A DNA stretch of 64,000 nt from a virus (IMGVR_UViG_3300006143_000275), one strand, 5' to 3'; numbered from the stretch's first letter, positions 1 through 8,602 are shown. A program made the numbers and translations. Notes: generated from the sequence alone by a model not told the origin.

Positions 1-106
1 AGCAAATTGCGGCGTCAAAGGCAAGACTTGAATTAGCGAGACAGAAGCGTTTGGAGGATTTAAGGAAAGCTGACGCAGCGGTGGAGACAACGGAAGGAGG
101 TAGCAA

Positions 107-307
107 ATGAACACCGCTAATCAAGAATGTATCTGGAAAGATCAGTGTGGCGGTGAGTGTCCTGGGTACTGCTCGGACTATACACCGGCTGACGAATCAG
201 AGGAGAACGAGAATTATTATTCCCGCATCTTGAAAGAGAATGCGGAGGAGTATCAAAAGATGATCAACGATTATTCTGACGGGGAGGTTGATGTCAGTGA
301 ATCGTGA
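107..307 (+). CDS. Small hypothetical protein, Cys-rich N-terminus
   Basis: GGAGG upstream of ATG; overlaps next gene in an operon-like way. Confidence 0.55.
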   Translation: MNTANQECIWKDQCGGECPGYCSDYTPADESEENENYYSRILKENAEEYQKMINDYSDGEVDVSES

Positions 308-635
308 ACAACGTAGAGCGTTTCAAAAGAAACACAAAAAGAGCGTGCGGGAGCACGCGGCGGATAAACTCAACAAGCTCTCTCAGGAGATTGAGAACCC
401 ATTGCATGAAGGTGATTTGGTTAAATTGGATGTTGACCGTATCACCAAGCGTGAGGACTATGCCCAAACGACAGAGGAGTATCAGGCTTTTGTTGAGTCC
501 AGTAGGGATAAGGTATTCACTGTTCGCTTATATCGGAAGCGGGAGGATGGATTTTCCGCAATCATTGAACTGGTGGAGGAACCCAAGTGGCTATTCTGGT
601 ACGGTGATTTGGTTCGGATAAAGAATGGAGGGTAG
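291..635 (+). CDS. Hypothetical phage protein
   Basis: ORF tightly coupled to both neighbours. Confidence 0.6.
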   Translation: MSVNREQRRAFQKKHKKSVREHAADKLNKLSQEIENPLHEGDLVKLDVDRITKREDYAQTTEEYQAFVESSRDKVFTVRLYRKREDGFSAIIELVEEPKWLFWYGDLVRIKNGG

Positions 636-3459
636 ACCTATCAATAATTCAGTGTACATCGTGTCTGCGGACGCAAAGGATTTGTTTTTGTCCAACTATT
701 CCAATGATTGTTGTACGGAATATACCGTGAGGTATAGTAGCGGAGACAATCGTGGTGAATTTAATACGAAACGGTTTGTGAATACGCTGGATTACAGTCT
801 GGATCTTATTAAAATGCGTGAGGTCTTTGAGAAAATCTACCGTAGAATGGACTTTACTTTCTTCAAACGAGGCAAAGAATATTGCCGTCGAGTCATCAAT
901 GTAACGTTTAAGTACAGTGTCAAGGAGTTTAACCGTTTTTTCGATAAAACCTATATCAAATACGGTTATCTCCCGTCTGATGTAGAGTTGGTAGACAATA
1001 TCTGCATAAAGGACGGAGAATTGATCGCTGTTCGAGTAGATAACCCAGTGGATCAGCCTGTGGAGTCTTCAGTCTTGGGGAATCTGTTTGTGTTTGAGGA
1101 CGGTGTTTACAAGCTGGGAAAAAGTATGAAAGTTGTCTTTACCGCTGCCCAGTTACGGAGTCGGTTGTACCATGATGGCTTTGTGTGTGACGGTATTCGT
1201 TTTCGGAGGTTTAAGCGTTCTGCTGGCAGCGGTCGGGTTGGCAAGTGCCTCTTTATTGATGAACGGCTTTATCCTCGTATGCACAAATGGGAGCAGTGCG
1301 GTTTACACATCCGAGATGGGCAAGACCTTGACCTGGCCGGATTTGAGGCTTACATTGCTCTGACGTTGAGCAGTATCATTGGTACAATTCCACTTCGTCC
1401 CGAAAACTTCCTGGTGATTGACGATTATACCAGTAAGTTCAAAGATCGAGTAATCGCCACCAGAGTTGGGGATGATGGGTGGCTATCATCTCAGCCAGAA
1501 GATGTTGAAGTTGAGAATAGCATCTGGGATGGACAGTCTTTGATAGACAAGAGTGCAATGGCAGAGTATGGTGAACACGGAATGATCCTGCTCCGCAACC
1601 GCTTCTTCAAGTCGGCTTGCTTCAACTGCAATATTCAGGAGTTTTTTGCTGCTCAAGGAATCACAGAGGTGTCCCAGCTAAACGGGTTTACTCTCGCAAA
1701 TTCGATTAGTGACATCAAAATCATCACGACGCCAAGCAGCATCAAGTATGTAAAGTTTGGCCCGTTGGAAACGTGGCTGAGGCTCTTAGAAGATGACGGT
1801 GATTTTGGTGTGGTGAAATATGAGAAGCCTACGGACTTCTTTGATGGACGTATGGTTCAGATTCATTACCAGCTGCTGAATACTTTGCAGATGACGCAAC
1901 AGGAAGTAGATTTGTTGGTGAAACCGTCGTTGGACTATCTGAGAATGATTCAGAATGACCCGGCAGTATTGCGGTATCATATCCGTTATTCTGGTGTTGA
2001 TAAGCCGATTAACGCAGCACCAACCACAAATGATATCGTCTATCAGATGTTAGGGGTTACAGATAAATTTGCAAATACCCGTCTGTATGAAGACTTCAAG
2101 CACGACATAAGCAAAGCGTTCAAAAAGGACATTCGCAGAGGTCATATTTTGGTTGACGGCAATTACTCTACTTTGCTGGGTAATCCGATGGAAATGCTGT
2201 ATGCGGCTATTGGGTCGTTTGATGGCACAAGCCAAATTGGAGCTGGCAATATTTATAGCAAGCGCTTTCGCTTCAATCAGACCATTCTTGGCTCCCGCAG
2301 TCCTCATGTAACAATGGGGAATATTCTGTTGACAAAAAACCGTGAAAATTCAGAAATTGAGCGTTTTTTCAATCTCACTAAAGAAGTCGTGTGTGTCAAC
2401 AGTATTGAGGAGAATATCTTATTCCGTTTATCCGGTGCTGATTTTGACTCGGATACTATGCTTTTAACTGACAATCCCATCCTAATTGGTGCCGCAGAGA
2501 GGAATTATAATCGCTTCTTGGTTCCTACAAGTCTGGTTGACGCCAAGAAGATTGTGCGGCATTACACTCGTGCGGATCAGTCCGATTTGGACATCAAAAC
2601 ATCGGTCAACAAGATTGGTGAGATTGTAAATCTCTCGCAAGAGCTGAATACTAAACTATGGGATGCACTGAACAGCGGCGCAGACTTCTCCGAGGTGGAG
2701 GAGCTTTACTGTGAAATTGCCCAGTTGGATGTGCTTTCTAACATCGAAATCGACAAAGCCAAACGGGAATACGCCGTAGATAGTGTAGCGGAGATTAAAA
2801 GGCTGAGAAAGAAGCACGAGGCACGAGATGATGATGGTAGGCAAATCAAACCCAACTTTTTCGGAAAGATTGCCCGTATGAAAGGGTATTATGACAGTGA
2901 TCGGAAGAATTACAAATTCCACGATACTACGATGGACTACCTACAGCACAGTCTGAATACTTTCCGTGTCAATCATGTTCATCGTGATTATGTGCCGTTT
3001 TCTGCATTGCTGATGCCCAAAGATGAATATTCCGCTCGTTCTGTCAAATATCCGCAGGTAGACCGTATCCTGGAGTTTGTGCGTGATATGAGATCCAAGA
3101 TTCAAATGATTTGGAACGGTACAGACGACGATCTGGATAACTACGGTAAGGCGATTCTGGTAAACGAGGTTAGACAGGAATACCTGAGCTACATTGAAAA
3201 GCTCAAACTAAATCGTCATACGGCATACCGCTTACTATTGGCAATCGAAGATCCAGCCAACAAGGAAATTTCAAGGACTCTTTTCTATGCGCTATTTTCT
3301 TTGCCCAATCAGGACTTCTTGAATTTGATCGAGCAAAGCCGGACACCAATCCCGTTGCTGGTAGAAGATGAAAATATCGCAGGAAGTATCGAAATCTATG
3401 ACTTCCGATTCCGCAGAGAGATGGTGATTCCGGCGAATTTGGCCGACTGTATTCGTTGA
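625..3459 (+). CDS. yonO: YonO-like single-subunit DNA-dependent RNA polymerase (RdRP-like double-psi beta-barrel family)
   Basis: 944 aa; catalytic motif RLSGADFDSD, plus GSRSPH and NIEIDKAK motifs; same position as SPbeta yonO, upstream of yonK/yonJ/HU/terminase. Confidence 0.85.
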   Translation: MEGRPINNSVYIVSADAKDLFLSNYSNDCCTEYTVRYSSGDNRGEFNTKRFVNTLDYSLDLIKMREVFEKIYRRMDFTFFKRGKEYCRRVINVTFKYSVKEFNRFFDKTYIKYGYLPSDVELVDNICIKDGELIAVRVDNPVDQPVESSVLGNLFVFEDGVYKLGKSMKVVFTAAQLRSRLYHDGFVCDGIRFRRFKRSAGSGRVGKCLFIDERLYPRMHKWEQCGLHIRDGQDLDLAGFEAYIALTLSSIIGTIPLRPENFLVIDDYTSKFKDRVIATRVGDDGWLSSQPEDVEVENSIWDGQSLIDKSAMAEYGEHGMILLRNRFFKSACFNCNIQEFFAAQGITEVSQLNGFTLANSISDIKIITTPSSIKYVKFGPLETWLRLLEDDGDFGVVKYEKPTDFFDGRMVQIHYQLLNTLQMTQQEVDLLVKPSLDYLRMIQNDPAVLRYHIRYSGVDKPINAAPTTNDIVYQMLGVTDKFANTRLYEDFKHDISKAFKKDIRRGHILVDGNYSTLLGNPMEMLYAAIGSFDGTSQIGAGNIYSKRFRFNQTILGSRSPHVTMGNILLTKNRENSEIERFFNLTKEVVCVNSIEENILFRLSGADFDSDTMLLTDNPILIGAAERNYNRFLVPTSLVDAKKIVRHYTRADQSDLDIKTSVNKIGEIVNLSQELNTKLWDALNSGADFSEVEELYCEIAQLDVLSNIEIDKAKREYAVDSVAEIKRLRKKHEARDDDGRQIKPNFFGKIARMKGYYDSDRKNYKFHDTTMDYLQHSLNTFRVNHVHRDYVPFSALLMPKDEYSARSVKYPQVDRILEFVRDMRSKIQMIWNGTDDDLDNYGKAILVNEVRQEYLSYIEKLKLNRHTAYRLLLAIEDPANKEISRTLFYALFSLPNQDFLNLIEQSRTPIPLLVEDENIAGSIEIYDFRFRREMVIPANLADCIR

Positions 3460-3506
3460 AAAAGCACAAATCCGGGTGTGAATTATTGCTTTTTGGTAGA
3501 AAAATT

Positions 3507-3574
3507 CTAATTTGACCACACCTAACCGCCGAGGTTGCTCGGCGGTTAGGAATAGCATTTTTGTGGTCAAATTA
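3507..3574. repeat. Compound inverted repeat downstream of the RNAP gene
   Basis: TAATTTGACCACA...TGTGGTCAAATTA outer arms enclosing CCTAACCGCCGAG-loop-CTCGGCGGTTAGG inner arms. Confidence 0.85.
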
Positions 3575-3636
3575 TGAAGGGGAAGTAACGAACAAAATCA
3601 AGCCCCTCGAATCTATATGAAAAGGATGAGTTTTTC

Positions 3637-3873
3637 GTGATTTCGATTACCAAGCAAGAGAAAGACCTACTGGTCAAACTGTTCCCGCATTATAAATTTC
3701 CCCGTACCATGAAGCAAGATTCCAAACGGCATCACTATTTCTGTACGGAGAGCGAGGAGCTGATGCGTCCGATTGCCGACAGTAATTCTGCGGCTGCAGA
3801 AAGGGTGAAGGAGTTTGACCGCCAACGTGCGCTACGGGATGCGCGAAGAAAAAGCCAGAGTGGTGAGTGTTGA
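3637..3873 (+). CDS. Hypothetical protein
   Basis: 78 aa ORF with GGATGAG upstream; TGATG overlap with next gene. Confidence 0.6.
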   Translation: MISITKQEKDLLVKLFPHYKFPRTMKQDSKRHHYFCTESEELMRPIADSNSAAAERVKEFDRQRALRDARRKSQSGEC

Positions 3874-4067
3874 TGGCCTTTCAGGAGCAAAGAGAACAAT
3901 ATACAAATGTCACAATCGACTGTTCTGACGGAACCTTGACGGAATTTCACAGGGATAAAGTAAACACCTACAGCATAGAGGAAATTCTAAAACGGTGGAG
4001 TGGAGTACCCAATATTACACTAATAATTGAGCGACAGATAGAATTGCCGCCGACAGAAGAGAGGTGA
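3873..4067 (+). CDS. YonK-like small protein
   Basis: Size, TYSIEEILKRW pattern and SPbeta-like position before a YonJ-like gene. Confidence 0.5.
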   Translation: MAFQEQREQYTNVTIDCSDGTLTEFHRDKVNTYSIEEILKRWSGVPNITLIIERQIELPPTEER

Positions 4068-5302
4068 AACAATTCGTGAACCCTAAGTACGAGCGAAAAG
4101 ATGGCGAAGACCTTTACGAGTATGGGCTTCGTCTGATTGAAATTAAGATGGAGCAGAAACCGGACGACCTGGACTGGGAAGATATCGTAGAGGCGACTCA
4201 GCTGGACTGTCATCGGGATAGTCTGAGGAAAGCGGCGTCTGTTACGCCATACTCTGGCTATGCCGTCGCCCAACACTTTAAGCGAAAGTATGCAGCGGTA
4301 GACCGACCGGATAAAGAGCAATATCTGGGAGAGCTTGATATCAAAATTGCTGAAGCCAGAAAAGAATCTAAACGGCTCTTTGATCAGCGGCGTGAGTTTA
4401 ACAAGCTGGTTGACCGCATTGGACGGACTGAAAATCTGGAAGACCGTCTTGTGGAGGCGGCTGCGGCATTGAACGAGTCTACGCCTCTGAATATAGACAA
4501 ATCTTCCGTTTACGCCTATGGTGATAACGAAGCGGTTATTGTGTTTGCGGATTGGCACTATGGTATGGTGACAGATAACATCTGGGAGCGTTATAATACC
4601 GAAGTGTGCCGCTGTCGTGTGGAACGGTTGGTGGAAACGGCAATCGAACGGATCAGACTGCATCGCTGTCGGAGGCTTCATATCCTTCTGCTGGGGGATA
4701 TGGCCCACGGTGCGATTCACACCAGTGCCCGTGTTGCCTCTGAAGAGTTGGTGTGCGATCAGGTGATGCAGGTGTCGGAAATTATTGCCCAAGCAGTGGC
4801 TGCTCTGGCAGATGTAGTTGACGAAACGGTGGTACACGCAACCTACGGAAATCATTTGCGCACCGTCCAGAATAAACAAGACAGCATTCACGCGGATAAC
4901 ATGGAGCGTCTGATTCCTTGGTGGCTGGAACAACGACTGGGTGATAGGGGCGACATTCAATTTCCCCAAGCTGAGTATTACGAATTTCTATACTTTAATG
5001 TGTGTGGTTATCAGATTTGCGCCACTCACGGCGACCTTGACAGTGTGAAGAACGCCGGCAGGACGTTGAACACTCTGTTTGTGAAGAAATATGGCTCTGG
5101 AATTGATTATGTTATCCTTGCTGATAAGCACCACAAAGAGGAATTTGAGGAATTGGGCATTGAGAGCATGATCGTAAGGTGCCTTTGCGGAACTGACGAG
5201 TATGCGAACGGGAAGCGGTTATATTCCACTCCGGGTCAACTGATGATGGTGTTTACGCCTGGGATTGGCGCTGACGCATATTATCAGATCAAACTGAACT
5301 GA
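4064..5302 (+). CDS. Calcineurin-like metallophosphoesterase (YonJ-like)
   Basis: Metal-binding motifs ADWH, LGD, YGNH, THGD, ADKHH. Confidence 0.85.
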   Translation: MKQFVNPKYERKDGEDLYEYGLRLIEIKMEQKPDDLDWEDIVEATQLDCHRDSLRKAASVTPYSGYAVAQHFKRKYAAVDRPDKEQYLGELDIKIAEARKESKRLFDQRREFNKLVDRIGRTENLEDRLVEAAAALNESTPLNIDKSSVYAYGDNEAVIVFADWHYGMVTDNIWERYNTEVCRCRVERLVETAIERIRLHRCRRLHILLLGDMAHGAIHTSARVASEELVCDQVMQVSEIIAQAVAALADVVDETVVHATYGNHLRTVQNKQDSIHADNMERLIPWWLEQRLGDRGDIQFPQAEYYEFLYFNVCGYQICATHGDLDSVKNAGRTLNTLFVKKYGSGIDYVILADKHHKEEFEELGIESMIVRCLCGTDEYANGKRLYSTPGQLMMVFTPGIGADAYYQIKLN

Positions 5303-5313
5303 GGAGTGATCAT

Positions 5314-5631
5314 GTGCTCAAAAACGATCTTGTAGTTGCCTTGTCCGAGATGGACTATTACAAAAATCAGGCTGGTGCTGTAATCAACGATGTGTTCCAT
5401 GTCATTGCAGAGGCGTTGGCTCATGGCGAGAAAGTAACAATTCGGGGATTTGGGACATTTGAGGTGAAGACAAGGAAAGGATGTCTTGTGCGAGACATCC
5501 ATACCAAAAAGCAAAGACAAATGGACGATTATCGGGTGGTTGTGTTCCGTCCTGGTGATAATTTGAAAGAGGCTGTAAAGGCTAACGACCCTGGGAAACT
5601 CCGCTTGTTGAGCAGAGCAGAAAAAAATTGA
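5314..5631 (+). CDS. hup: HU/IHF-family histone-like DNA-binding protein
   Basis: GEKVTIRGFGTFEV and VVFRPGDNLKEAV signatures. Confidence 0.9.
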   Translation: MLKNDLVVALSEMDYYKNQAGAVINDVFHVIAEALAHGEKVTIRGFGTFEVKTRKGCLVRDIHTKKQRQMDDYRVVVFRPGDNLKEAVKANDPGKLRLLSRAEKN

Positions 5632-5635
5632 AAAA

Positions 5636-5703
5636 ATTTTGTTCGCCGCTATTGACATCTGGTTCAGAGCGTGCTATACTATAACCATAGCGGCGAACAA
5701 AAT
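5636..5703. repeat. 17-bp perfect inverted repeat enclosing a promoter
   Basis: ATTTTGTTCGCCGCTAT (5636-5652) / ATAGCGGCGAACAAAAT (5687-5703). Confidence 0.9.
5652..5680 (+). promoter_or_regulatory. Near-consensus sigma70/SigA promoter for the RNA island
   Basis: TTGACA-17 bp-TATACT with extended -10 TG. Confidence 0.85.
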
Positions 5704-5704
5704 C

Positions 5705-6360
5705 AATGTTCCTTGAAAATTTAATCTTTGCATCATGCTTATTACTAACTCGGTGAACAAAGTGTGTCAGCACTCCGAGGCGTATGGTATTTTCGGTTTG
5801 ACTTGGCGATTGTCTATGGACATCGTAGCATAGGGATACCTTTCAAGTGAGGCCGCTACTGTACAGTGATGTACGGTGGGGAGGCGGAAACCGCCAACAG
5901 AAACATATGTCGCCAAGAGTTATCGCTTCATAACGCACAGAACTTTCGGGCGCAACAATAGACGCTCCTGTGGAGAATAAGCCTTGCAGTAGCTCGGTGT
6001 GGTAGCCGAGAGATACGGAGGTAAAACCAACAATGCGCTCCTGTCTTGATGTCGGAGAAATCCGGCTATAACGAAAGTCACTGGTTAGAGTAGCCGTAGG
6101 ACAGATTGCAAAATCTTTTGAAGAAATTACTATAAAAGTAAGTATTTAATTCAAAACTTTTCTGAACGAACGGTGAAATTTGTGAGTAAACAGGCTCACG
6201 TAGGAGGTGGCGCTATGGCGCTGGGGCAAGAAGTTAGGGGTCGCTCCCCGAAGCTCAGACTTGTCTCCCTGGTGGCGGAACAATGAAGAAGATTATGGAG
6301 GTAGGGCGAAGGCCCAGTGGTGAGTATGATGGAAAGATTAAATTTTCCTTAGAAACAAAC
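5705..6360 (+). ncRNA. Large (~650 nt) structured ncRNA candidate, GOLLD/ROOL-like class; ends approximate
   Basis: No ORF of 60 aa or more; dense GC hairpins; lies between a strong promoter and the first tRNA. Confidence 0.55.
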
Positions 6361-6373
6361 AAAATCAATGTAT

Positions 6374-6449
6374 GGGGTTGTAGCTCAGTTGGGAGAGCGC
6401 CTGTTTTGCAAGCAGGAGGTCGGGAGTTCGATCCTCCCTAATTCCACCA
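6374..6449 (+). tRNA. tRNA-Ala(UGC)
   Basis: Cloverleaf, anticodon TGC, encoded CCA. Confidence 0.95.
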
Positions 6450-6563
6450 GCAAGATATGTTGGTTATGCTGACGCTTGTGTGGTTCAGTTCATTACTTAA
6501 CTACTATTCCTGTCAGAAACCTATCGGTCATGAACGAGGTTCTTCGGACGCATATCGCTAAAT

Positions 6564-6639
6564 CGGGATATAGCTCAGTTGGTAGAGCACACGACTGATA
6601 ATCGTGCGGTCAGAAGTTCAATTCTTCTCGTCCCGACCA
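6564..6639 (+). tRNA. tRNA-Ile(GAU)
   Basis: Cloverleaf, CT-GAT-AA loop, CCA. Confidence 0.95.
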
Positions 6640-6662
6640 TAGGTACTTTGACAATTCTATAT

Positions 6663-7087
6663 GGGGCCGTTTTTAGATTCGACGGGGTTTTGAGAGTGCA
6701 AGACTCACAGGTAGATGACCGCCTAAAGGCATACCTAAAAATGAAATGACAACACTGAATCTGTTGTAATGATCCACCCCGCTTTTGCTGCTTTTGTGGC
6801 TGAGAGGGCTGCTGCCTGATTGGTGGCTGGATTCCAAAACGACGCACCAGCTGGATATGGGTAAGCGTCTGCGGTTAAAGAATCATCCAGCACGTGCAGT
6901 TTCTCCTTGTGCTTCTGTAAAATAAAGACAAGGTGGTGGAGGTGTACAAACCAGTACGCCCTAGGAAAGATTTGACGGTATCGCAAGTGCCCGCCGCAAG
7001 GCATCGCTGGAAAATCGTCTATTGTGTCAGAAGGTCTTGCTCATGTAGGAATTTCGGACAGGGGTGCGAATCCCCTCGGCTCCACCA
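6663..7087 (+). ncRNA. ssrA: tmRNA
   Basis: 5' GGGGCCG...GATTCGAC, 3' CGGCTCCACCA with G3:U70 Ala identity pair; tag ORF 6748-6819 reads (A)DNTESVVMIHPAFAAFVAERAAA-stop. Confidence 0.93.
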
Positions 7088-7093
7088 TACATA

Positions 7094-7149
7094 GGGACAC
7101 TAACAGCAATTTATAATTTTTTAAGGTAAAAAAGAAAAAAAGTGTCCTG
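7094..7149 (+). repeat. ACAGCAA hairpin element, copy 1
   Basis: GGGACACT/AGTGTCCT stem, ACAGCAA just inside, inner TTTT-TTAAGGT-AAAA hairpin. Confidence 0.65.
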
Positions 7150-7150
7150 T

Positions 7151-7238
7151 GAGACGCGCACAGCAAATTTTCAAAATATTCTATCAAATGTTTTTTAAGT
7201 CCGACAAGGATAACCACCTCCATTTTTTTCGCGTCTCG
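7151..7238 (+). repeat. ACAGCAA hairpin element, copy 2
   Basis: GAGACGCG/CGCGTCTC stem with ACAGCAA just inside. Confidence 0.65.
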
Positions 7239-7250
7239 TAGCCTAAGTAT

Positions 7251-7327
7251 TGGCGGGTAGCTCAGATGGCAGTAGCATCTGACTGTTAATCAGAGGGTCG
7301 TGGGTTCGAGTCCCACCCTGCCAGCCA
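7251..7327 (+). tRNA. tRNA-Asn(GUU)
   Basis: Cloverleaf, CT-GTT-AA, CCA. Confidence 0.93.
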
Positions 7328-7403
7328 GTAGCTCAAAACATGGCAGAGAGTTTACAGGCAACTGATGTCTACATCGGTGCTGTTTTTAGAACTGCCAACA
7401 TAT

Positions 7404-7479
7404 AGCGGGATAGAGAAGCGGTCATCTCGTCATCCTCATAAGTTGGAGATCGTGGGTTCGAGTCCCACTCCCGCCACCA
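7404..7479 (+). tRNA. tRNA-Met(CAU), initiator-like body with atypical anticodon stem
   Basis: A1:C72 mismatch and A11-U24 as in fMet tRNA; anticodon stem TCATC/GTTGG. Confidence 0.85.
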
Positions 7480-7636
7480 TGCCCACCCCACAAACAGAGC
7501 GGAGACTGTAAACTGAATGGGGAATAGAAATGTTCACAATCTGGCAGTGAAAACTTTTAGCAGGTTTCAAGCGAAACCGCTGCGTCCCAACAGCAGAGAG
7601 TTGGCACCATGGCCTACGGTGTGAGTAGGTCAATAT

Positions 7637-7712
7637 GTGGGAATAGCTCAACTGGTAGAGCGCCGTCCTTCCAAGTCGGATGTTGCGGGTTCAAGTCCCG
7701 TTTCTCACTCCA
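7637..7712 (+). tRNA. tRNA-Gly(UCC)
   Basis: Cloverleaf, CT-TCC-AA, CCA. Confidence 0.95.
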
Positions 7713-7936
7713 ATCTATTATATCTGTGACTTCTCTACTTTGGCAGATATGATGATAGGTGCCGGCTCCCCTGGCATCTTTAGCAAATAGTGGAGGGATG
7801 GGAGCAGGGAAAAATACCTGTTGGTTGCCCACAAACCGTTAGTGAACGTAGAGCCAAGTGGGATATTACCAGCCATGTGGAGCTGGCCGCAGCTCCTTGC
7901 AACTGGTGACGATCAGATTGCCTTGGATGGTTTTAT

Positions 7937-8020
7937 GGGGATATGGCGGAATTGGCAGACGCACCGGATTTAGGTTCCGACGCAGTTCGCGTGTGGGTTC
8001 GACTCCCACTATCCCTACCA
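7937..8020 (+). tRNA. tRNA-Leu(UAG)
   Basis: Class II cloverleaf, TT-TAG-GT loop, CCA. Confidence 0.93.
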
Positions 8021-8022
8021 TT

Positions 8023-8085
8023 GGAGCACTAACAGCAACTTTTTTTTGGAATCAACTTTTAATTGACAACCCAAAATGTGCTCCG
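8023..8085 (+). repeat. ACAGCAA hairpin element, copy 3
   Basis: GGAGCAC/GTGCTCC stem, ACAGCAA, inner TCAA-CTTTTAA-TTGA hairpin. Confidence 0.7.
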
Positions 8086-8095
8086 TAGGAAACAC

Positions 8096-8181
8096 GCTGG
8101 TGTGTTGGAATGGCAGACGAGGCAGACTCAAAATCTGTTGCCAGAAATGGCGTGTGGGTTCAAGTCCCACCACCAGCACCA
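8096..8181 (+). tRNA. tRNA-Leu(CAA)
   Basis: Class II cloverleaf, CT-CAA-AA, CCA. Confidence 0.95.
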
Positions 8182-8295
8182 AGCCGAACAAGGGTTTATA
8201 GTAGGCGGAGGGAAAACCAGAAACCCTGACACGCTCTATTCAGAGTGGAAACAGTGATTGCATAAGGCAACGATACACGCTGTTAGGCCCGTTAT

Positions 8296-8371
8296 GATAC
8301 CGTAGCCAAGATTGGTAAGGCTCTGGGCCGCAACCCCAGGATCGTAGGTTCAAATCCTATCGGTATCTCCA
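8296..8371 (+). tRNA. tRNA-Cys(GCA)
   Basis: Cloverleaf, loop CC-GCA-AC (C33), U73, CCA. Confidence 0.9.
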
Positions 8372-8375
8372 TAAA

Positions 8376-8400
8376 GAAACCCCGCCTTTCGGCGGGGAGA
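8376..8400. terminator. Likely bidirectional terminator
   Basis: CCCCGCC-TTTC-GGCGGGG between convergent tRNA-Cys and a - strand ORF. Confidence 0.6.
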
Positions 8401-8404
8401 GAAA

Positions 8405-8602
8405 TCACAGCTCAATACCGAGCTTTTCAGCGATTTCTTCGGGAGACATATCGGATGCTTTTGCCAGGATCTGTTGGATTTTGATTGGCTTTTCAAGCTC
8501 TGCTTTTTCTGCTTGTAGCTTTGCGATCTGGGCGTCGATGTCCTTGATACGTTGTTCCGGTGTGCGTTTCCTACGAGTAACGGTTTTCTTTTCCTCAGCC
8601 AT
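8405..8602 (-). CDS. Small coiled-coil hypothetical protein, antisense within the tRNA array
   Basis: AGGAGG RBS; heptad pattern IKDIDAQIAKLQAEKAEL. Confidence 0.75.
   Translation of the reverse strand: MAEEKKTVTRRKRTPEQRIKDIDAQIAKLQAEKAELEKPIKIQQILAKASDMSPEEIAEKLGIEL

Noticed and set aside
3968-4969. 333-aa - strand ORF
   Set aside because: Antisense shadow of the phosphoesterase gene with no recognisable motifs
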